From contig NZZP01000012.1 in the NCBI GenBank assembly GCA_002698665.1, forward strand, positions 689-64,688: 64,000 bases of DNA, given 5' to 3'. Below the pieces are notes generated by a model. It saw only the letters and a program-made list of their open reading frames with translations. It searched no databases and was not told the DNA's origin. Source of the stretch: Gammaproteobacteria bacterium. Lineage in GTDB: Bacteria > Pseudomonadota > Gammaproteobacteria > GCA-002705445 > GCA-002716945. This document shows, piece after piece, positions 58,194 to 64,000 of the stretch; positions within the stretch are counted from its first letter, which is position 1, and each line of letters begins with the position of its first letter. Position numbers and translations under genes: made by a program.

Positions 58194-60514
58194 GATGCTT
58201 TAGGTCTGAATCTTCGTCTTCCTCTTCGTTTAGGAGGTGCATTTTTTATCATTTCAACACATTGTTCTTCATTTAAGCTCTCTGGCTTTATGTCTTTAGG
58301 TACAGTTACATTCACTTTACCATTAGTAACATATGGGCCATACCTTCCATTCAGGACCTTAATTCCTGATTCTTCGAATATATTAATATTTATATTAGCA
58401 TCTATCTCAATTTTCTCTTTTATCAAATCAATAGCTTCTTGCTCTTCAATTGTGAATATATCACGATCTCGAACACTAACATTGGTCTTATTATTTTTAA
58501 GGTACGGTCCATATGGACCAATATTAGCTAGAATATCATGGTTGTTATATGAACCAATTTTTAATGGTAGAGCAAAAAGTTTAATTGCATCATCCATAGT
58601 TATTGAATCTATATTTTTTTTCATTTCAGTAGTAAGTGGAGCCCATTTAGGCTTTTCCTCATCATCTTTAGTTCCCATCTGAATTGTTGGACCATATTTC
58701 GTCAACCTGACTGTAACTGGCCTTTTAGTATCCGGATGTGATCCTAAATTTTTTAATTCTCTTTGTTCAGAGATGTCAACTGTTTGTAGCTTTTCTTCTA
58801 AATTTGATCTAAATGGTTCATAGGTACCTCTTATACAAGACATAGGATCCTGCTCACCATTAGCAATCAAATCAAGATTATCTTCTAATCTTGCTGTAAA
58901 TTCAAAATCTACCAAATCATTACTGAAGTGCTTCGTTAATGTATCACATACGACTTTAGCCAATGCTGTTGGTTGAAAATTATTGGCATCAGGGTCAACA
59001 TAATTACTATCAAGTATTTTTGATATAATTGTTACATACGTTGATGGTCTTCCTATACCGAGTTCTTCAAGTGCTTCTATTAAACTAGCTTGATTATATC
59101 GTGGTGGTGGCTGGGTAAATTTTTGATCTACAGATACATCCTTTATATTCAGCTTGTCACCTTTTTTGAGATTTTCTAGAATTTTCTTATTTAACTTATC
59201 TTTAGCATCATCATCTGATAAATCATATATCTCTTTAAATCCATTATTTTTTAGAAAAGACCCACTATACCTAAAGCCATATTTATCATTTAAATTTAAA
59301 TCAATACCAACTTGTTGATTAACAGCATCTATCATTTGTGAAGCTACTGTCCTTTTCCAAATTAGTTCATATAATTTATATTCACCATCTTCCAGGTATT
59401 TTTTGATTTTTGATGGCGTATTACTTATTAAAGTCGGTCTTATAGCTTCGTGAGCTTCTTGAGCATTTTTAATTTTTTTTGTATATATTCTATTTTCAGC
59501 GGATTTTAGTTTCGGGTATGTTTGATTTAAATAGTTTTCTATATCTTTTAAACAGTCTGCTGATAAGCTAGTAGAGTCTGTGCGCATATAAGAAATTAAT
59601 CCAACAACTTCCTGATCACCTAGAGCAACACCTTGATATAGTCTTTGCGCGAGACTAGAGGTTTGTTTCACAGAAAAGCCAAGAGAAGAATATGCTGCAC
59701 GTTGCAAGGATGCTGTTGTAAATGGCGCGCTTGGTTTAATTTTCCTCTCAGACATTTTTATATTATCTATAGAGATTTCTTTGAATTCTCTAAGATTTTT
59801 TTCAATTTTTCCAGCATCTACTGAGGATGCAATTGTTGTTATTTTGCCTTTTTTAATTTTCGTACCATCAATAGTAACTAGTTCTAAGTCAATACAATCT
59901 GAGCCAGAGCAAGCATTTATATTTGCAGTCCAATATTCTATTGGATTGAATGCACTTATTTCCTTTTCTCTTTCTACAATTAATCTTAATGCTGGGCTTT
60001 GGACTCTTCCACCTCTTGCAAATCTGCTCACTTTTTTCCAAAGAAACTCAGAAATATCATAACCCATTAAATAGTCTAGCGTCCTCCTTGCAACATATGC
60101 ATTCCACAAATCATGAGAAATTTGGCGCGGGTTATCTAATGCCGATTTAACTGCTGCTTCTGTAATCTCATTAAATGCCACTCTATATGTTTTTTTATCT
60201 TTTAAGAGTTTTGCTTTATCTAAGATGTCATATATATGTTTTGAAATGGCTTCGCCTTCTCTATCCGGGTCAGTAGCAAAATATACCGTATCTGCATCTT
60301 TAGAAAACTTTTTAATTTCATCGATAACATCTTTCTTGCCATTAGATACTTTCCAGACAGGTTTATAGTCTTTTTCTACATCTATCCCTTTTCCTCCACT
60401 AGCAATCAAATCTCGAACATGCCCTACGGATGCTAGCACCTTATATTCATTACCTAAGAATTTTTGTATAGATTTAACTTTTGTAGGTGACTCAACAATC
60501 AATAAATTTTTCAT
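58190..60514 (-). CDS. topA: DNA topoisomerase I
   Basis: 774 aa. N-terminal TOPRIM domain LLIVESPTKVKSIQKFLG...VGHVRDL and the active-site Tyr region. The C-terminus carries GPYGPY-type repeats with essentially no Cys (zinc-ribbon-less) and a basic tail. Confidence 0.9.
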   Translation of the reverse strand: MKNLLIVESPTKVKSIQKFLGNEYKVLASVGHVRDLIASGGKGIDVEKDYKPVWKVSNGKKDVIDEIKKFSKDADTVYFATDPDREGEAISKHIYDILDKAKLLKDKKTYRVAFNEITEAAVKSALDNPRQISHDLWNAYVARRTLDYLMGYDISEFLWKKVSRFARGGRVQSPALRLIVEREKEISAFNPIEYWTANINACSGSDCIDLELVTIDGTKIKKGKITTIASSVDAGKIEKNLREFKEISIDNIKMSERKIKPSAPFTTASLQRAAYSSLGFSVKQTSSLAQRLYQGVALGDQEVVGLISYMRTDSTSLSADCLKDIENYLNQTYPKLKSAENRIYTKKIKNAQEAHEAIRPTLISNTPSKIKKYLEDGEYKLYELIWKRTVASQMIDAVNQQVGIDLNLNDKYGFRYSGSFLKNNGFKEIYDLSDDDAKDKLNKKILENLKKGDKLNIKDVSVDQKFTQPPPRYNQASLIEALEELGIGRPSTYVTIISKILDSNYVDPDANNFQPTALAKVVCDTLTKHFSNDLVDFEFTARLEDNLDLIANGEQDPMSCIRGTYEPFRSNLEEKLQTVDISEQRELKNLGSHPDTKRPVTVRLTKYGPTIQMGTKDDEEKPKWAPLTTEMKKNIDSITMDDAIKLFALPLKIGSYNNHDILANIGPYGPYLKNNKTNVSVRDRDIFTIEEQEAIDLIKEKIEIDANININIFEESGIKVLNGRYGPYVTNGKVNVTVPKDIKPESLNEEQCVEMIKNAPPKRRGRRRFRPKAS

Positions 60515-60603
60515 TTTTGTATTTATCTCTTATAAATTTGTATTTTTTTACTTTATACTATTAAAATGAAATAATTTACAACATTTTTTGCAAAAGTTTT
60601 ATT

Positions 60604-61140
60604 ATGAGTACTTTAAATATATTACATTTCCCAGACAATAAATTGAGGCAAAAAGGCAAAGACATTGAGGTTTTTGACTCAAAATTGTCCAAAATTGCCA
60701 ATGACATGCTGGAGACTATGTATTTATCTAAAGGTATAGGATTAGCTGCTGTACAAGTAGGTATTGCCATTAGAATGATAGTCATTGATGTAAGTGAGAC
60801 TAGGAATGACCCAGTTATTCTAATAAATCCAGTTATTACTGATAAAGCAGATGAGATAATTTTTGAAGAAGGCTGTCTATCTGTTCCTGGTTTTTATGAA
60901 AAAGTAGAAAGGTTTAACAAAATTAAATATTCTTATAAAGATCTGCATGGTAAATCTAAAGAAAGCAATGCAGATGGTCTCCTTGCAGTATGTATACAAC
61001 ATGAGATAGATCATTTGGATGGAAAACTATTTGTTGATTATATATCTGAAATAAAACGTGATAGAATCTCAAAAAAATTACAAAAATTAGGCTCTGAGGG
61101 AAATATCCCTGATAGGAAAAAAGTGCCTTACTCAATATAA
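60604..61140 (+). CDS. def: peptide deformylase
   Basis: 178 aa with motifs GIGLAAVQVG, EGCLS and QHEIDHL. Confidence 0.95.
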   Translation: MSTLNILHFPDNKLRQKGKDIEVFDSKLSKIANDMLETMYLSKGIGLAAVQVGIAIRMIVIDVSETRNDPVILINPVITDKADEIIFEEGCLSVPGFYEKVERFNKIKYSYKDLHGKSKESNADGLLAVCIQHEIDHLDGKLFVDYISEIKRDRISKKLQKLGSEGNIPDRKKVPYSI

Positions 61141-61154
61141 GAGATTATAATCAA

Positions 61155-62081
61155 TTGAATATAATATTTTTTGGAAGTCCGTCATACTCATGCAATGTTC
61201 TTAAGACATTATTAACCTCGCAACATAATATTGCTGCTGTCGTAACTCAAAATACAAAAAATAAAAGAGATAAAAGAACTCCCGTGAGTATATATAGTGA
61301 AGCAAATAATTTAGACACACTATATCCAGAAGACCTGAAATCAAAAGATTTTTTAAAAAAAATTTCAGATTACAAACCTGACTTATTCATTGTTTATGCT
61401 TATGGTAAAATCTTGCCTCAGATCTTACTTGATATACCGGAATTTGGCGCAATTAATATCCACTGTTCACTATTACCAACATTACGTGGAGCTGCTCCTA
61501 TACAAAGGGCATTATTAAATAAAGATAAAAGAACAGGTATAACATTTTTCAGAATAGATGCAAAATTAGATCAAGGAAGAATAATATCTTCGCATGCTTA
61601 TGAAATTAATGATAAGGATGACTCAATCAGTCTACAAGATTGTCTTACAAATCTTGCAAACAAAAATATCTTAAACGCTATAAATTTAAACAAATCTAAT
61701 CAGTCACTTATTCCACAAGATGAATCTTTGGCAACATATGCTAGTAAAATTAATAAGTTTGAGTCTGTAATAGATTGGAATACTAGTAGTATAGACATAG
61801 TTCACAAGATACGTGCTTTCGTTGATTGGCCTGTAGCAGAAACACAATTATTTGGTGTAACTATTAAAATATTGCAAGCTAGATACCAACTATCTGAAGA
61901 TGAAAATCAACCTGGCACTATTATAATGTTTAATAGAAATGAACTTGTTTTCGCAGCTAAAGATGGATATGTTTATGTTGAAAGACTTCAGATTCCAGGT
62001 AAAAAAGTCGTACACATCAATGATTTTTTTAACTCAAACAGTGCTATTGTCAGTAAAATCAAAGAATTTCTAGATAAATAA
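61155..62081 (+). CDS. fmt: methionyl-tRNA formyltransferase
   Basis: 308 aa (FFGSP; N-formyltransferase domain HCSLLP..RGAAPIQ) directly after def. Confidence 0.93.
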   Translation: MNIIFFGSPSYSCNVLKTLLTSQHNIAAVVTQNTKNKRDKRTPVSIYSEANNLDTLYPEDLKSKDFLKKISDYKPDLFIVYAYGKILPQILLDIPEFGAINIHCSLLPTLRGAAPIQRALLNKDKRTGITFFRIDAKLDQGRIISSHAYEINDKDDSISLQDCLTNLANKNILNAINLNKSNQSLIPQDESLATYASKINKFESVIDWNTSSIDIVHKIRAFVDWPVAETQLFGVTIKILQARYQLSEDENQPGTIIMFNRNELVFAAKDGYVYVERLQIPGKKVVHINDFFNSNSAIVSKIKEFLDK

Positions 62082-62143
62082 GTCTATTATATTTGAATTA
62101 ATATGGTGTAGAATGAAGTCGTGAAAATAATCCAGTCGATGAA

Positions 62144-63514
62144 ATGAAAAAAATCATAGTCTTTGGTGGTGGACAGGTTGGCTCTTCTGTTGCCAAAATT
62201 CTCTCTGATGATGGTAATGACATAACTCTTGTAGATTATGACAAGGATGTACTGGACGATCTGAAAGAAAAAATGGATATAAAGACTGTGCACGGTCTTG
62301 CATCTTATCCTTCAATCCAAAAAATGGCTGATGCAGAAAATTCTGACATGATTATTGCAGTAACTGGCAGTGATGAAGTTAATATGGCTGCTTGTCATAT
62401 TGCTAAGACTGTATATAAGGTTCCAAAAAGGATAGCCAGGCTAAGAGCAAATGAGTATCTTAGAATGGAAGAAGGATTTGATAAAAGTTCATTCTCAATT
62501 AATGATGTTATAAGCCCAAATATTCTTCTCACAGATTACGTAAAAAATATACTAGATCATCCAGGTGCATTCCAAGCATTTAATTTTGCTTCTGGGCTTG
62601 TCAAGGTTATAGCTGCAACAGTATTACCAGATGGACCTCTGTCTGGCAAAAACTTGTCTGAGTTCAAAAAACATATGCCAAATGTAGATGTTAAAGTTGC
62701 TGCTATTTATAGAGATAAGAAGTACATAATTCCTAATGGTGATACACCAATATTACCAGAAGATGATGTTTTCTTTATTGCCACTGAAGAAAATATGCGC
62801 TTCATGAGTGAGTTAAAAAAATCAACAGAAAAACCACATAATGTCATTATAGCGGGTGGCGGTAGAGTTGGATCAGCATTAGCAAAGAAACTAGAGACAA
62901 TTTATGACTTAAAATTAATTGAAAAAGACCAATATGCTGCTAAAAAAGTTGCAGAGACTCTATCATCAACAGTAGTACTCAATAATGACATCGCGGATGA
63001 AACATTGTTAAAAAATGAAAACATTGAAGATGTAGATTATTTTTGTGCTGTGACAAATGATGATCAGATGAATATATTGTCTGCAAAATTAGCTAAAGAT
63101 ATGGGGGCAAAAAAAACTATCGCAATTGTAAACAAGTCATCATACAGAAACCTTGTATCTAAAGAGATTGATATTGTTGTGTCACCAGAAGATGTAACAA
63201 TAGGGTCATTACTAGCTTCTGCAAGAAGCAGTGATATTGTTAATGTCCACCAACTTGGATTAGGAGATGCAGAAGTAATGGAAATTATAGTTCACGGGGA
63301 CTCAAAAACGTCTAAGCTGGTAGATAAAAAAATATCAGAAATTGATTTGCCTAAAAAAACAATAATAGGAGCTATTGTGAGAAAAGAAAAGGTCATACTT
63401 GCAAATAATGATTTAGTAATTAAGGCGGACGATCATATAATTATATTTGTTTTAGAGAAAAAAGATATTCCTAAAATTGAAAAGATGTTTCAGGTCAGCG
63501 TAGGATTTTTTTAA
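62144..63514 (+). CDS. trkA: Trk system potassium uptake protein TrkA
   Basis: 456 aa with tandem RCK/NAD-binding domains (GGGQVG and GGGRVG). Confidence 0.93.
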   Translation: MKKIIVFGGGQVGSSVAKILSDDGNDITLVDYDKDVLDDLKEKMDIKTVHGLASYPSIQKMADAENSDMIIAVTGSDEVNMAACHIAKTVYKVPKRIARLRANEYLRMEEGFDKSSFSINDVISPNILLTDYVKNILDHPGAFQAFNFASGLVKVIAATVLPDGPLSGKNLSEFKKHMPNVDVKVAAIYRDKKYIIPNGDTPILPEDDVFFIATEENMRFMSELKKSTEKPHNVIIAGGGRVGSALAKKLETIYDLKLIEKDQYAAKKVAETLSSTVVLNNDIADETLLKNENIEDVDYFCAVTNDDQMNILSAKLAKDMGAKKTIAIVNKSSYRNLVSKEIDIVVSPEDVTIGSLLASARSSDIVNVHQLGLGDAEVMEIIVHGDSKTSKLVDKKISEIDLPKKTIIGAIVRKEKVILANNDLVIKADDHIIIFVLEKKDIPKIEKMFQVSVGFF

Positions 63515-63517
63515 TGA

Positions 63518-64000
63518 ATGAGTAGTTCCCTAATACAAAGAATAATTGGATTAATGTTAATATCATTTAGCTTTACTCTCGCACTGCCGATAATTATATC
63601 TCTGATTTATAATGATGGAAACTTATTAACTTTTATTTATTCATTTTTAATAATTATATTTTTTGGGTTAATACTATATTTTCCTAATAAAAATTCTAAT
63701 CGTGATATAAAAATCAAGGAAGGATATCTAATTGTAGTGCTATTTTGGGTAATTTTAAGTTTGTTTGGTGCAATACCATTTATGTTAGACCAACAACTTT
63801 CACTCTCATTTAAGGATGCCTTTTTTGAGTCTATATCGGGTTGGACAACTACAGGTGCAACAGTAATTAATGATATTGACGTTCTCTCGCCATCTGTACT
63901 AATGTACAGACAAGAGTTGCAATGGTTAGGGGGTATGGGCATCGTAATATTAGCTTTAGCTATTCTTCCAGTACTTGGTGTAGGTGGTATGAATTTGTAT
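63518..64000 (+). CDS. trkH: Trk-type potassium transporter TrkH, N-terminal portion only (continues beyond right edge)
   Basis: Hand translation from ATG 63518 gives MSSSLIQRIIGLMLISF... with typical TrkH N-terminal TM segments. It remains open to the window end and is not in the ORF track. Confidence 0.8.
   Translation, partial: MSSSLIQRIIGLMLISFSFTLALPIIISLIYNDGNLLTFIYSFLIIIFFGLILYFPNKNSNRDIKIKEGYLIVVLFWVILSLFGAIPFMLDQQLSLSFKDAFFESISGWTTTGATVINDIDVLSPSVLMYRQELQWLGGMGIVILALAILPVLGVGGMNLY

Noticed and set aside
58005-58682. 225-aa plus-strand ORF antisense to the tsaC/topA junction, and similar long antisense ORFs (8510-9013 vs atpF, 10583-11050 vs parB, 12253-12732 vs rsmG, 13285-13746 vs mnmG, 20192-20707 vs dnaN, 44362-44841 vs xth, 49762-50193 vs coaBC)
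   Set aside because: All lie wholly inside well-supported genes on the opposite strand. Their translations are low-complexity (Ser/Leu/Ile/Phe-rich) mirror images of the charged sense proteins, with no recognisable domains. In the frame concerned, antisense stops only arise at sense Tyr/His/Gln codons, so long open antisense frames are expected occasionally.

Overview
The window is a compact (~95% coding), AT-rich stretch (roughly 30% G+C by eye) of a gammaproteobacterial chromosome centred on the replication-origin gene neighbourhood. From the left edge to about 18.4 kb there is a minus-strand block: glmS-glmU-atpCDGAHFEBI-parB-parA-rsmG-mnmG-mnmE-yidC-yidD-rnpA-rpmH. It is followed by plus-strand dnaA-dnaN-recF-gyrB and a second ExoIII-family gene. 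This synteny, together with tsaC/def/fmt/trkA/trkH at the right end and an Asp-rich (Mg-type) HemB, is Pseudomonas-like. That points to a streamlined, low-GC relative of Pseudomonadales or Oceanospirillales (a marine oligotroph or symbiont-like lineage), but species identity is not claimed. The rest is core metabolism and maintenance: hemCD, argH, lysA, dapF, xerC, ridA, recG, ubiC, nudE, cysQ, ccmCBA, rraA, ampG, pyrE, argB, algC, dut, coaBC, bioBF, ubiA, aroE, hemB, hemF and topA. I found no rRNA, tRNA, IS/transposon, prophage or CRISPR, and no convincing multi-gene novel system. The most notable items are listed here. (1) A perfect parS palindrome lies inside recF. (2) A DnaA-box-like repeat and hairpin cluster sits in the unusually GC/C-rich dnaA-dnaN spacer. 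(3) A formaldehyde-activating-enzyme (Fae) family gene is placed directly upstream of ubiA with no H4MPT partners in view. (4) An orphan 207-aa ParA-type ATPase follows gyrB/xth. (5) A small argH-coupled secreted protein sits beside a GC-richer strong-SD hypothetical ending in the only clear hairpin terminator. (6) A ccm locus has ccmC inverted against ccmBA and no ccmD-H. (7) Several sub-60-aa genes are missing from the ORF track: rpmH, an LptM-like lipoprotein and a Lys-rich 47-aa ORF. (8) An unrecognised partial gene sits immediately downstream of glmS, the classical attTn7-type hotspot. Several starts in the ORF track are alternative-codon or upstream extensions and were trimmed by homology reasoning.
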